From an uncultured Planctomycetota bacterium (GTDB taxonomy: Bacteria > Planctomycetota > Planctomycetia > Isosphaerales > Isosphaeraceae): 64,000 nucleotides of DNA. A model generated the notes under the pieces. The model saw only the letters and a list, made by a program, of their open reading frames with translations. It was not told the DNA's origin and did no database searches. A program made the translations under genes and the position numbers. Location of the stretch: NCBI GenBank assembly GCA_963737655.1, contig CAVTTN010000002.1:3296001-3360000 (forward strand). The letters are read 5' to 3'. Below, one piece after another: positions 50,800-62,205 of this stretch. Positions within the stretch are counted from its first letter, which is position 1. Every line of letters starts with the position of its first letter.

Positions 50800-52065
50800 A
50801 TGAGCCGCTCGTCGGGTCGAGAGATCGCCGCCGGGGCCGTCGTCCTGCTGGCCGTAGCGGCCCTGGGGGCGTTGCTGTCCCTGGCCGCCGGTGGGCCCGG
50901 ATTCCTCGCGTCGAAGAGGACGATCGACGTCATCTTCCGGGACGGCCAGGGCATCCGGGTCGGCTCTCCCGTCCGCGTCGCCGGGATCGAGACCGGCCGG
51001 GTCACGTCGATCGAGCTCGCGGAGGTCGAGGAGGCGCTGCGGGCGAGGGTCCGCCTGGCGATCCCGACCTCCCTGGCCGCCAAGCTCCGCCAGGACGTGA
51101 AGGTGGCCGTCCAGAGCGGCCTGACCGGCCAGAGTTGCATCAACATCGTCTCCTCGGGCAAGTCGAGCGTGGCCCTGGTGCCCGGCCAGTTGGTCCTGGG
51201 GGTCGAATCCTCGTTCTTCGACCCGGTCCTGGAGCAAGTGGGCCTCGGGCCGGTCGAGCGGAGCCACCTGAGCCACACCATCGCCGAGGTCCGGCAGACG
51301 GTGGATGCGGTCGGGCCGAAGCTCCGCGGGACCCTGGCGTCCCTCCAGGAAGCCGCCTCCGGGCTGAATGAGACGGTCGAGGCCGCCAAGCCCAAGCTCC
51401 TGGCCACCGCCGAGCACGTCGAGGTCGTCACCGGGAAGCTCGAAGCGGCGAAGATCGAGGACACGATCGCCACCCTGCAAAACGCGATCGCCCAGGCCGA
51501 CGCCCTCCTCAAGGACACCCGGCCGAAGCTGGGCGCGACCCTGGCCAGCGTGGCCGAGCTCAGCGGGACCGTCAACGAGGTCGTCAAGGCCGAGAAGCCG
51601 AAGGTGGACGTCCTCCTGGACGGCCTGAACGGCACCCGAGGCCGGGCCGACCGCGCCCTGGCGAACGTCGAGGCCATGACCGGCGACGGCGCCGCGATCC
51701 TGGCCAAGAATCGCGGGAACATCGAGCGCGTGATGCTCAACGCCAAGGACGCCAGCGACTTCGGCGTGAAACTCGTCCAGAAGCTCCTGGCCAACCCGTT
51801 CTATCTGAGCCCATTCTACAAGCCCACGGCGGCCGACCTCCGCGCCCAGGACATCTATGACTCGGCCAATGTGTACATGACCGGGGCCAAGGAGCTCATG
51901 GACGCGGTGAAGTCCCTGGAGGCGATGCAGAAACGGACGACCATGAACAACGACGACCGGCGCGCCTATAAACTGTTGTTCGAACGTGCCTGGGAATTGA
52001 CCGGCTCCTTGAAGCAGACCCAGGTGAAGCTCTCCGAGGGGCTGAACACGCCCACCCGGCGATAA
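50800..52065 (+). CDS. MlaD/MCE family protein with long helical tail
   Basis: F.DGQGIRVGSPVRVAGIETGRV, GLTGQ..INI, coiled-coil C-terminus. Confidence 0.9.
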   Translation: MSRSSGREIAAGAVVLLAVAALGALLSLAAGGPGFLASKRTIDVIFRDGQGIRVGSPVRVAGIETGRVTSIELAEVEEALRARVRLAIPTSLAAKLRQDVKVAVQSGLTGQSCINIVSSGKSSVALVPGQLVLGVESSFFDPVLEQVGLGPVERSHLSHTIAEVRQTVDAVGPKLRGTLASLQEAASGLNETVEAAKPKLLATAEHVEVVTGKLEAAKIEDTIATLQNAIAQADALLKDTRPKLGATLASVAELSGTVNEVVKAEKPKVDVLLDGLNGTRGRADRALANVEAMTGDGAAILAKNRGNIERVMLNAKDASDFGVKLVQKLLANPFYLSPFYKPTAADLRAQDIYDSANVYMTGAKELMDAVKSLEAMQKRTTMNNDDRRAYKLLFERAWELTGSLKQTQVKLSEGLNTPTRR

Positions 52066-52084
52066 GACCGGGGTGCGATTCCCC

Positions 52085-52144
52085 GTAGGGCAGGCCTCGG
52101 CCTGCCGGCCTTCGCCCGTCTCGGCAGGCCAGGGCCTGCCCCAC
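52085..52144. repeat. GTAG/GTGG-type REP doublet (20/23 IR)
   Basis: GTAGGGCAGGCCTCGGCCTGCCG versus the reverse complement of 52122-52144; each arm self-palindromic. Confidence 0.75.
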
Positions 52145-52250
52145 AGGAGTCGGAAGCCGGTGGTGCGGACGGAGCCTGAGCCTTGCCTGGTTGTCAAATC
52201 GAGCTTCCCTGATTGGAAAATTCCCTAACCGGGAATTCCGCGCCTCAGGT

Positions 52251-52278
52251 TAAATTCGGAACCCCGGTCAGCCGATGA
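52251..52278 (+). promoter_or_regulatory. sigma28 (FliA/SigD)-type promoter
   Basis: TAAA-N16-GCCGATGA upstream of flgM. Confidence 0.7.
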
Positions 52279-52434
52279 ATAAGGGCGGAGAGGCTTGCGG
52301 TGGGACGGGGAGAACGCCCCAGAGACCCGCCGACGAGCCGGAGTGACCTCGGGAGGGGCCCGCCGCGGGCCCGGAGGTCGCCAGCGACGCCGGCCGCCCG
52401 ACCGCCGGTCCTGCATCCGAAGGAGAGACATACC

Positions 52435-52719
52435 GTGGAAATTCATGGCGCCGGAGGGACCCAGGGTCCCCAACCCGTCTACCCGCGACTGGCCGCCTTC
52501 AGCGTGGAGGCCGGCGGGACGATCCACGCCGGGGCCCCTCGCGACCACGTCGAGATCTCCCCCCTCGGCCACATGCTCGACGGCATCGCCCGCCTGCCGG
52601 AGATCCGCCACGAGAAGGTCGAGGCGATCCGTCAGCAAATCGCCTCGGGCGTGTATGAAACCCCCGAGAAGCTGGAGATGGCCCTCGATCGCCTGATCGA
52701 CGAGCTCCACGGCTTCTGA
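52435..52719 (+). CDS. flgM: Anti-sigma-28 factor FlgM
   Basis: DHVEIS, EIRHEKVEAIRQQIASGVYE; AAGGAG RBS with GTG start; sigma28 promoter. Confidence 0.87.
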   Translation: MEIHGAGGTQGPQPVYPRLAAFSVEAGGTIHAGAPRDHVEISPLGHMLDGIARLPEIRHEKVEAIRQQIASGVYETPEKLEMALDRLIDELHGF

Positions 52720-52765
52720 CTCGCAAGGATCGCTACCTGATCGCCCACGGACGGGCCGGGCCCAG

Positions 52766-52837
52766 GGCCGGGCGCGGGCCGGTCGGATTCGCCCCAGGGA
52801 AGGGACGAGTCCGCCCGGCCGGCGCCCGGCTTCTTTT
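52766..52837 (+). terminator. Probable intrinsic terminator after flgM
   Basis: GCCGGGCGC...GCGCCCGGC stem with a large interior, followed by TTCTTTT. Confidence 0.4.
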
Positions 52838-52935
52838 CGCGCGCCGATCCTCGGACGAACCGCCCGGGATTCCCCGTTGGCGTGTTCTAGGATTCTCGCG
52901 GAGGCCCCATTGTCGGCGGTCCGGGAATCATTTCG

Positions 52936-53865
52936 ATGAATCCAGCGGTTCCCTTCCGGCGGAGGCTCGGGCGGACGGTGGCCTTGCTGGCGATCCTCTT
53001 CGCCCTCCTCGTCGCCATCCTGATCGCCGTGGTGGTCGCCCTCGTCCAGTGGCTGGACCGCGTGGATCGCGAAAACCGATGGGTCGCGCAGGCCGTCGGC
53101 GCCGCTCGCCGGCTCGACGACCTGGAGCGGTCCCCGGCCGACCTCCCGGCGAGATCGCGGGTCGAGGCGTCGTTCGAGGGTCTCGCGGAGCTCTCGGCCG
53201 ACGACCCCGAACGGTCGAGGCGGCTCGCGGGGGTCCTTGGGGACTTCGATCGCTGGAAGACTCCCCCGTCCGGGCCTTCCCGGCGAGGGGATTTGAGCCT
53301 GATGGAGATCCGGCGGTCCGTGCAATCGCTGGTCGATCCCGTGCCGGACCGGCTCGACCCGAGATCGGTCCTTCCCGGGGCGATCGGCGGAGGGGCGGCC
53401 CTGGTCGTCCTGCTCGGCTTCGCGGCGACCGCCCGGCTCGCCCGGCTGCCTCGGCTGTTCGACGAGGCGGTTCAGGCCGGCCTCTCCCTGGCCGAGCAGA
53501 AGGAGCGCGACAACCTCGAGCTGCTCTCCGAGGTCATCCGGCTCTACGCCATCGTGGCCATCGATGCCGAGGGCCGGATCGCCCGATGGAACGTGGCGGC
53601 CGAGCGGCTCCTCGGGTTCCCGGAGGCCGAGGTCGTCGGCCGCCACATCACCTGTCTGTACCGGGCCGAGGACGTCCGGGCCGACCAGCCGCATCGGGAC
53701 CTCGACTGGGCGACCCGCGAGGGGCGACTCGAAGACGACCGCCAGTTCGTCCGCAGGGACGGCTTCTCGTTCCGGGCCCACCTGACTCTGGTGGCGAGTC
53801 GCGACCCGGAGGGCCGGCTGACCGGCTTCACCTGCGTGGTCCACGAGATCGACGACGCGGCCTGA
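52936..53865 (+). CDS. Membrane-bound PAS/PAC sensor protein without output domain
   Basis: Two TM segments; YAIVAIDAEGRIARWNVAAERLLGF, VRRDG.SF.A, RDPEGRLTGF; stop directly after the PAC. Confidence 0.8.
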   Translation: MNPAVPFRRRLGRTVALLAILFALLVAILIAVVVALVQWLDRVDRENRWVAQAVGAARRLDDLERSPADLPARSRVEASFEGLAELSADDPERSRRLAGVLGDFDRWKTPPSGPSRRGDLSLMEIRRSVQSLVDPVPDRLDPRSVLPGAIGGGAALVVLLGFAATARLARLPRLFDEAVQAGLSLAEQKERDNLELLSEVIRLYAIVAIDAEGRIARWNVAAERLLGFPEAEVVGRHITCLYRAEDVRADQPHRDLDWATREGRLEDDRQFVRRDGFSFRAHLTLVASRDPEGRLTGFTCVVHEIDDAA

Positions 53866-54020
53866 CGACCGCTCCGGGCCCGTCTCCGGAAGACTCGGCC
53901 GAAGGTCAAGGCCGGTTTCTGACGATAAGATGGGTCGTGGGGGCAGGAAGGCCCCGGCCCGTCCTCGCGGCGGGCCCCGATGGTCCCATCCCGGGCCGAT
54001 TCGATCGAGGAGATGAAGGC

Positions 54021-54842
54021 ATGGACGCCAGGCGAGTTTCGCGGTTCTGGGCGGCGGCGGCGATGGCCGGCGTGGTCCTCGGGGCGACGGCCGGGCCGAG
54101 ACTCCTTCTCGGAGACGAGCCCCCGAACCGCCTCAGCCGGATTTTCCGGCTCGGAGGCAGCAGCCGGACCGGTTCGAGCGGCTCCCAGTCGTCCTCGACC
54201 GGGGCGGGCGCGTCACTCGGGACAAGCTCCAGCGGGATGGCGGCCAGGTCGGCCTCCATGCCCCCCTTGTCCGCGCCGCCGTCCGCCGCAATCCCTCCCA
54301 CGGGCCCTCAGGGGACCGTCGGCACCCGGATCGCCCCTCAGCCCCGGGTCAGTCGGCCGATGACCGAATCCGACCCCCTGGTCACTCGGGTCTCTCTCGG
54401 GCGGTCGGATGACGGCAAGCAGTTCGCCATGTTCTTGCAGGTCTTCGCCGACGGCACGGTGATCGACGGTGAAGGGGTCCACCGCGTCGGCGCCGACCTG
54501 CTCCGCCCGATCGCCCAGACGATCCAGGGAGGCGACCTGGCCAAGCTCAAGGGCCACTGCGGAGGCCCGGCCGCCGACTTCATCGAGCAGGTCCACGTGG
54601 TCGTGTACGACCGCTACCTCGGCCGGCTCCGGGCCAGCTCGTTCTCGTATTCGGGCAATCCCCAGGGCTGCGACCCGTCGGTGAAGGCGCTGAATACCGC
54701 CCTGGACGCGGTCCAGAACAAGCTCAGCGGCCCGCCCGTGACCGGCCCGTCCTCGCCGGCGGCCCCGGTCGCCGCCCCTCCCCTGACCGAAAGCGCCTCG
54801 GCCCCGCCCCCGCCGACGATCGGCCTCTCCCCCGACCATTGA
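54021..54842 (+). CDS. Hypothetical exported protein
   Basis: Signal-like N-terminus, Ser/Pro-rich linker, globular core FLQVFADGTVIDGEG with two Cys. Confidence 0.7.
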   Translation: MDARRVSRFWAAAAMAGVVLGATAGPRLLLGDEPPNRLSRIFRLGGSSRTGSSGSQSSSTGAGASLGTSSSGMAARSASMPPLSAPPSAAIPPTGPQGTVGTRIAPQPRVSRPMTESDPLVTRVSLGRSDDGKQFAMFLQVFADGTVIDGEGVHRVGADLLRPIAQTIQGGDLAKLKGHCGGPAADFIEQVHVVVYDRYLGRLRASSFSYSGNPQGCDPSVKALNTALDAVQNKLSGPPVTGPSSPAAPVAAPPLTESASAPPPPTIGLSPDH

Positions 54843-54883
54843 GCCGCCGGCGGACGCCCCCAGCGGTCGACCGAGAAAATCGG

Positions 54884-54920
54884 GGCCCGACCTTCCTTCT
54901 GAGCGGAGGAAGGTCGGGCC
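54884..54920. terminator. Stable hairpin, probable terminator
   Basis: GGCCCGACCTTCCT / AGGAAGGTCGGGCC, 14-bp stem followed by GTTTC. Confidence 0.6.
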
Positions 54921-55112
54921 GTTTCGTTGTCCGGAGGCCGCCGGTCGGCTCGGGTGGGCAGGAGCGATCGACCCTGGCCCTGGGGGTAGTCTCTTGCGGC
55001 GAATCGGCCACGACCTTACAACGAAGCTCCCGGCACGGAGGGGTTTCCTCGAGCGCCTGATCCCCGCGCCGGGCCTCCCTTTTTCTTCCCAGACGGTCGG
55101 AGAGCCCCTCGG

Positions 55113-56347
55113 ATGTCGTCCACGAACGTGAACAGCCGCGCCAAAGCGGCTCTGGAAGCCGGAGAAGGCATCCTGAGGCTCGCCCCGACGTGGGTCCCCC
55201 GCTCCTTCCTGATGCCCGGGGCCCGACTGAAGCTCGCCCACCAGGACCTCTACGCTTTGGGCACCCATCGCGGAGGGATCGACGAGCGATGGTTCGGGTC
55301 CACCACACCGGCCGCCAACGAAGGCGCCCCGCCCGATGAAGGGCTCTCTACGTCGTCCACGACGGGGGCAAATTCACCCTGAAGGACGCCATCGACGCCC
55401 TCGGGGCCGAGATCATCGGCCGGGCCATCTGGGACAAATACAAGAAGTGGCCGGTCTACTCGAAGTTCTTCGACAATCTCGGCCCGATCCCCCACCACAT
55501 GCACCAGACCGCCGAGCAGGCCGCCCTCGTCGGCCGCGAGGGCAAGCCCGAATCGTACTATTTCCCCCCTCAATTGAACTGGACCGGCAACAACTTCCCG
55601 TTCACCTTCATGGGGTTCGAGCCCGGGACCACGAAGGACGAGGTCCGCAAGTGCCTGGAGCGCTGGAACGAGGGGGACAACGGCATCCTCGACCTCTCCA
55701 AGGCGTACCGGCTGAAGCCCGGGACCGGCTGGCTGATCCCCCCGGCCGTCCTCCACGCCCCCGGGTCGCTGGTCACCTATGAGCCCCAGTGGGGCTCGGA
55801 TGTCTTCGGGATGTACCAGTCGATGGTCGAGGGCCGCCGGGTCCCCTGGGAGCTGCTGGTCAAGGACGTCCCGGAGGACAAGCACCGCGACCTCGATTAC
55901 CTCGTCGAGCAGCTCGACTGGGAGAAGAACGTCGATGAGCACTTCAAGGCCCACAACTACCTGGAGCCGATCGTCCATTCCGGGTCGGAATCCGAGGGGT
56001 ATGTGGACAAGTGGATCGTCTACGGGACGGTGGACGGCAAGCAGCTCTTCAGCGCCCGGGAATTGACCGTGATGCCCGGCCGCTCGGCCACGATCAAGGA
56101 CGACGGCGCGTATGGGCTGATCGTCGTCCAGGGCAGCGGCACGATCGGCAAGCTCGGCGTCGATAGCCCGAACTTCATCCGGTTCGGCGAGATCACCCAG
56201 GACGAGGTCTTCGTGGCCGAGCCCCGGGCGAAGGAAGGCGTGACGTTCCACAACACCGGCAGCGAGCCGTTCGTGAGCCTCCGCTACTTCGGGCCCGACG
56301 TCCACAAGACGCTCCCGGCCGTCGGCGACCACGCGAAGAAGGGCTGA
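55113..56347 (+). CDS. Cupin-fold mannose-6-phosphate-isomerase-like protein, frameshift near 55348
   Basis: SKFFD..PIPHHMHQ, GKPESYYF, PPAVLHAPG, YEPQ..SD metal-binding pattern. One missing base restores DEGLSYVV. Confidence 0.78.
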
Positions 56348-56402
56348 TCGATCGACCCCAATCCGGAGGGCCCGAGGCGACCGTCCCGATCCGAGGCCGC
56401 AA

Positions 56403-57029
56403 ATGACCCTGACCGATCCCGACCGCGAGGACGACCTGCCCGAGGAACTGGCCGGGCGGCTCGCCGCCGAGCTCGGCCCCGGCGAGCGCGTGGCCTGGTC
56501 CGGAAGGTCGCATCTCCGCGTCCGTCGGTTCGAGCACAAGTTGTTTCTCGGCCTGGGGCTGATCGGGCTGGGGATCGTCATCTTCTGCCAGATCACCTTC
56601 GGCAACGACTTCGGCGGGGTGGCCGTCGCCATGCTGTTCGGGGTGGTGATTTGCTGGTCGGCCGGGCTGATCGTGACCCTCTCCGGCCTGGGAGGGATCT
56701 TCGTCGCGAGGAGGAACGCCCGGCACAACCGCCAATCGCTCTACGCCATCACCGACCGCCGCGCGATCGTCTGGCGGCCGGCTCCCTTCACCGACGGCGT
56801 GGAGGTCCGCAGCTATTCGATCGGCCAGATCGTCTCGACGTCCCGGATCGACCATCTCGACGGCACCGGCGACATCCGGTTCCACCTGGCCGATGGCCAC
56901 GAGCCGGGGGTCATGGTGCCCGACGCCTTCAGCGGCCCCGTCCTGATCGGCGGCGGGTTCTTCGGGATCTGCGACCCGAGACGAGTCGAGGAGATCCTCC
57001 GAAAGACCCTGGTCGGGCGTTCCTCGTAA
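56403..57029 (+). CDS. Two-TM membrane protein with bacterial PH-like domain (paralog 1)
   Basis: ELGPGERVAWSGR, two TM, YAITDRRAIVW, DGTGDI. Confidence 0.72.
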   Translation: MTLTDPDREDDLPEELAGRLAAELGPGERVAWSGRSHLRVRRFEHKLFLGLGLIGLGIVIFCQITFGNDFGGVAVAMLFGVVICWSAGLIVTLSGLGGIFVARRNARHNRQSLYAITDRRAIVWRPAPFTDGVEVRSYSIGQIVSTSRIDHLDGTGDIRFHLADGHEPGVMVPDAFSGPVLIGGGFFGICDPRRVEEILRKTLVGRSS

Positions 57030-57164
57030 GGCGGGCGCAGCCCGCCACTCCCGAGGCGTCCACCGGCCGCCCTCCGATGTCCCATAAGCAGAAGGTTGGC
57101 GGCCAATCGCCGCCGCAAGCCCACGGGCCGGGAAGCTCCGCGGAGGCCCCAGATTGGAGGAGTC

Positions 57165-57845
57165 ATGGCGACTGTAACCGCCCCGCACCCGACCGTCGAA
57201 GCCGATCGATCGCTGACCCTGTTCGGCCTCGACTGGAAAGCGTATCTCCAGATCGCCGAAGCCCTTCCGACGAGGCACAATCCGCGGCTGATCTACCTCG
57301 ACGGGAGGCTCACGTTCGTGGTCACCTCGCGACTTCGCGACTATTTCGCGGAATGCCTCGGTGATCTCGTGAAGGGGATCGCTCACGAGCTAGGGATCAA
57401 CTGGGAACCCGCCGGTCAGGCCACTTTCCGCGACGAAACCAGGGGCGGGGGTGTCGAGGGGGATCGGACCTACTACTTCGGCGAGCATGCCGCGATCATG
57501 AAGGGGCCGGTGAACATCGACCTGACCACCCAACCGCCGCCCGACCTGGCCATCGAGGTCGAGGTCAGCAACCCGGCCGATCGCGCCCTGGAGGTCTGGG
57601 GGCGGCGGGGCGTCCCGGAGGTCTGGCGGTTCGACCCGAACGCCTGGACCTTCGGCTTCTGGCTCCGCCGCGACGACGGGACCTATGCCCAGGCCGACCG
57701 GGGGCTCGCGTTCCCGGCCCTCGAAGCGGCCGACGTGATCGCGCAGATGAGGAGGATCGAGGAGGTCGGGACGGCCCGATGGTTCTCGGAGCTGGCCGGG
57801 TGGGTCCGGGACGTCCTCCGTCCCCGAGTCGTCGGGAGGCCCTGA
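57165..57845 (+). CDS. Uma2-family PD-(D/E)XK endonuclease-like protein
   Basis: GGAGG RBS; RLIYLDG.L, VEGD.TYY, PPPDLAIEVEVS, GVPEVWRFD. Confidence 0.9.
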   Translation: MATVTAPHPTVEADRSLTLFGLDWKAYLQIAEALPTRHNPRLIYLDGRLTFVVTSRLRDYFAECLGDLVKGIAHELGINWEPAGQATFRDETRGGGVEGDRTYYFGEHAAIMKGPVNIDLTTQPPPDLAIEVEVSNPADRALEVWGRRGVPEVWRFDPNAWTFGFWLRRDDGTYAQADRGLAFPALEAADVIAQMRRIEEVGTARWFSELAGWVRDVLRPRVVGRP

Positions 57846-57846
57846 G

Positions 57847-58470
57847 ATGAGCCCCGATCCGTTCGAGCCCCGATCGATCGAGATCCCGGAGGCGATTTCC
57901 TCGAGGGTCAAGCCGGAACTGGCCCCGGGCGAGCGCCTGGTCTGGGCCGTCGAGTCCCATCGGCGGGACGTCCCGAGCGATCGCGGCCTGGGCTGCGGGG
58001 TCCTGGTGATGGCGGTGGCCGTGGCCCTGTCCGGCCTCTGCGGGATGGCCGCCTCCGGGATGTTCAGCCGGAGGTTCCCGCAGACCGAGGAATTCCTGTC
58101 GGTCGTCGCCGGGGCCTCGGCATTCGTGGCCGTCGTGGTCTTCGTGATGGTCCTCCTGGGACTTCGGGATCGGTCCGCGAACCGGGCCGCCCAACGTCCG
58201 TCGGTCTATGCGCTGACCGACCGCCGGGCGATCGTCTGGAAGCCCCGCCCCGACGGCCCGGGGGTCGGCGTCTTCTCGTTCCCCCGGGGGACGATCAGGA
58301 GCGTCGATCGCGTCGAGAACCCCGACGGCTCGGGCGACGTCCTGTTCGGCCCCCATGACTTCGGCTCCCATCGACCGACCGGCTTCACCGACGTGGCCGA
58401 GGTCCGCCGGGTCGAGGCGCTGGCCCGTCGGCTCCTCCTCGACCTCCCCGAGTCGCCCGACTTGACCTGA
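57847..58470 (+). CDS. Two-TM membrane protein with bacterial PH-like domain (paralog 2)
   Basis: ELAPGERLVW, two TM, YALTDRRAIVW, DGSGDV. Confidence 0.72.
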   Translation: MSPDPFEPRSIEIPEAISSRVKPELAPGERLVWAVESHRRDVPSDRGLGCGVLVMAVAVALSGLCGMAASGMFSRRFPQTEEFLSVVAGASAFVAVVVFVMVLLGLRDRSANRAAQRPSVYALTDRRAIVWKPRPDGPGVGVFSFPRGTIRSVDRVENPDGSGDVLFGPHDFGSHRPTGFTDVAEVRRVEALARRLLLDLPESPDLT

Positions 58471-58515
58471 TCCGATCCGACCCGTTTCCTGACTTTTCCC
58501 CCATTGAGGCGAACC

Positions 58516-59571
58516 ATGAGCGGCACGCATCCGAACACCTGGCCGAAGCTCCACAACGCCGCCTGGCCCGGGGTCGTCGGCAAGGGGGAGGGCTCGGAAC
58601 CGCCGATCCCCCTGGAAACCATGCTCGACCTCACGGCCGACGCCGAGGTGGACGGCGTGAAGTTCGACGGCGTGGACCTCTTCCTCTTCGCCCCCCACGT
58701 CGATATCGACGCCACCGATGAAGACCTCAAGAAGCTGGCCGACATGGTCCGCACTCGCGGCCTGGTGATCGGCTCGGTCGTCGCCCCGGTCTGGCCTCCC
58801 ACCGGCGGAGGGTCGTCGATGGACGAGGGCGAAGGCCGGACGAAGTTCCTCCAGCAGGTCGAAAAGGGCTGCCGGATCGCCTCGTACCTCCGCCACGAAG
58901 GGATTCGTCCCTACGGGGTGGTGCGGATCGACTCGTCCTGCGGCCCCGGCGAATGGGCCGCCGACCCCTCGGGCAACCAGGCGAAGATCGCCCAGACGTT
59001 CAAGCTCGCCGCCAGGATCGCCGGGGACTACGGCGAGAAGCTCGCCGCCGAGGGGGAGATCTGCTGGGGAGGCATGCATTCGTGGAAGGCGATGGTGGAC
59101 CTCCTCGAACGCGTGGGCGAGCCCGACCGCGTGGGCTTCCAGGCCGACATGGCCCACACCCTGCTTTACACGATGGGCTACAACGCCCCCGACGACCGCA
59201 TCCTCCCCGAGAATTTCGGCTGGGACGACCCCTCTGCGCTCGACGCGGCCTACCGCAAGGTGGCCTCGGCCCTCCGGCCCTGGACGATCGATTTCCACGT
59301 CGCCCAGAACGATGCGACCGTTCACGGGACCGGCTCCCACGACAAGACCGGCCGCCACTGCCTGGCCACCGACCCCAAGGGCAAGCTCGACATCGTGAAG
59401 CATGCCGGCTACTGGCTCCGCGACGATTCGGGCGAGCTCACGAAGAAGGCCGACCACATCTGCTGGGACGGCTGCATGTTCCCCAACGCCGTGATGATGA
59501 AGCCGGAGACCTGGAATGATATCCTGAGGACCATGATCGCCGTGAGGGACGCCCACGGCTGGCGCGACTAG
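58516..59571 (+). CDS. Xylose-isomerase-like TIM-barrel sugar isomerase/epimerase
   Basis: [38 protein letters not shown] metal-ligand pattern. Confidence 0.82.
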   Translation: MSGTHPNTWPKLHNAAWPGVVGKGEGSEPPIPLETMLDLTADAEVDGVKFDGVDLFLFAPHVDIDATDEDLKKLADMVRTRGLVIGSVVAPVWPPTGGGSSMDEGEGRTKFLQQVEKGCRIASYLRHEGIRPYGVVRIDSSCGPGEWAADPSGNQAKIAQTFKLAARIAGDYGEKLAAEGEICWGGMHSWKAMVDLLERVGEPDRVGFQADMAHTLLYTMGYNAPDDRILPENFGWDDPSALDAAYRKVASALRPWTIDFHVAQNDATVHGTGSHDKTGRHCLATDPKGKLDIVKHAGYWLRDDSGELTKKADHICWDGCMFPNAVMMKPETWNDILRTMIAVRDAHGWRD

Positions 59572-59596
59572 GACGGGACCCGTCCGGAGACGACCG

Positions 59597-60394
59597 ATGC
59601 CCAGCCCATTCCCCGGGATGGACCCCTACCTGGAAGACGCGGCAATCTGGCCCGGGGTCCATCACCGGCTGATCTCGGCCGTGTCCGACCAGTTGCAACC
59701 GCTGCTCGTCGCCCGCGGCTATTTCGTCGATGTCGAGAGCCGGGTCTGGCTGGAGGAAGCCAAGGGCCTCGTCCGGCCCGACGTGGTGGTCGCCAGCCTT
59801 TCGACCCCTCGTGCAGAAGGCCCGGCGGATGAAACGGTCCTGGTCCTGGACGAGCCGGTTCGCCTGCCGATCCTCGTCGAGGAATTGCACGAAGCCTACC
59901 TGGAAATCCACGAGATCGCGACGAAACGCCTGGTCACGGGGATCGAGATCCTCAGCCCCTCGAACAAGCAGGCCCACATTTCGAGGAAGCTCTACCTCCG
60001 GAAGCGAAAATCCCTGAGGAAGGACGGGGTCAACGTCGTCGAGATCGACCTCCTCCGGGGCGGCAAGCCCCTGGCCAGGCTCCCCCGCTCGGTGGTCGAG
60101 GGGTGGCCTCGCGACGTCTCCGTGGTCAATATCATCCGGCCCCGGGCCGAGGATTATGAGTTCTATCCCATCGAGATTCGCAGTCGTCTGCCTCGATTCG
60201 GAGTCCCCCTGAAGAGGGGAGAGGCCGACGTCCCCCTGGACCTTCAAGCGGCCCTTTCCAGGGTCTTCGAGGTCGGTTATTACGAGGGACGGATCGATTA
60301 TGCCCGCGATCCCGTCCCGCGACTCTCGCCCGACAATGCCGAGTGGGCGAACGCCCTCCTGATCGAGAAAAACCTCCGACTGCGGATCGCCTGA
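59597..60394 (+). CDS. DUF4058 family protein (PD-(D/E)XK-like)
   Basis: [34 protein letters not shown]. Confidence 0.9.
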   Translation: MPSPFPGMDPYLEDAAIWPGVHHRLISAVSDQLQPLLVARGYFVDVESRVWLEEAKGLVRPDVVVASLSTPRAEGPADETVLVLDEPVRLPILVEELHEAYLEIHEIATKRLVTGIEILSPSNKQAHISRKLYLRKRKSLRKDGVNVVEIDLLRGGKPLARLPRSVVEGWPRDVSVVNIIRPRAEDYEFYPIEIRSRLPRFGVPLKRGEADVPLDLQAALSRVFEVGYYEGRIDYARDPVPRLSPDNAEWANALLIEKNLRLRIA

Positions 60395-60434
60395 GTCTCC
60401 GACCCATCCCGTTCACCCTCTCCGATGGATTCCC

Positions 60435-61583
<1,149 letters not shown>

Positions 61584-61625
61584 GGAGAGTTCGGATCGCG
61601 ATGGACCCCGATGACCGAGGGATGA

Positions 61626-62177
61626 ATGGGGACCGAAAAGGCGAAGAGCAGGTCGTCGGGCCGACTGACGGTCGGGGAGCTCATGCTCCTGATCGCCGGA
61701 TTGGCCCTGGGTTTATGGATCATCGCTCCGACGCTCCGGTCGGACCCGAGGATGGGGGCCGACGAGCCGTCGCTGCTGGGATCGGCGTTCGTCCTCGGCG
61801 GGCTGTCGCTGGTCGGGCCGCCGTTGCTCCTGATCGAGCGGAGGCGGCGGCGGAGGCCGTGGCGGGCCGGGAAGCTCCTGTGGTTCTCTTCGGGGATGGC
61901 GGCGTGGCTCCTCTGGCCCCCGGTGATCTACAACCGGGCCCGCAACGGGAACATCCAGCAATCGGCCTCGGCGGTCTGCTTCGCATACGGGACGCCGTTG
62001 ATGGCCGTTTATGTGACGGCCGCGCTCCTCGCCGGTGGACAGATGCGCCGGAGGAAGAGGAGAAGGGCGGCGGAGCTGTCGTGGCGCGACCGCTTCGGCC
62101 TGCTGTTGGGTCTGGCCTGGGCGTGCGTCGGCCTGTATGTTCTGTCCAAGTTCTATCGCGAAGAATTCCAGCATTGA
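61626..62177 (+). CDS. Hypothetical membrane protein (about 5 TM)
   Basis: RLTVGELMLLIAGLALG N-terminus and several hydrophobic segments. Confidence 0.7.
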   Translation: MGTEKAKSRSSGRLTVGELMLLIAGLALGLWIIAPTLRSDPRMGADEPSLLGSAFVLGGLSLVGPPLLLIERRRRRRPWRAGKLLWFSSGMAAWLLWPPVIYNRARNGNIQQSASAVCFAYGTPLMAVYVTAALLAGGQMRRRKRRRAAELSWRDRFGLLLGLAWACVGLYVLSKFYREEFQH

Positions 62178-62205
62178 ATTCACCCCGAAGCCGAAGGACG
62201 CTCCC

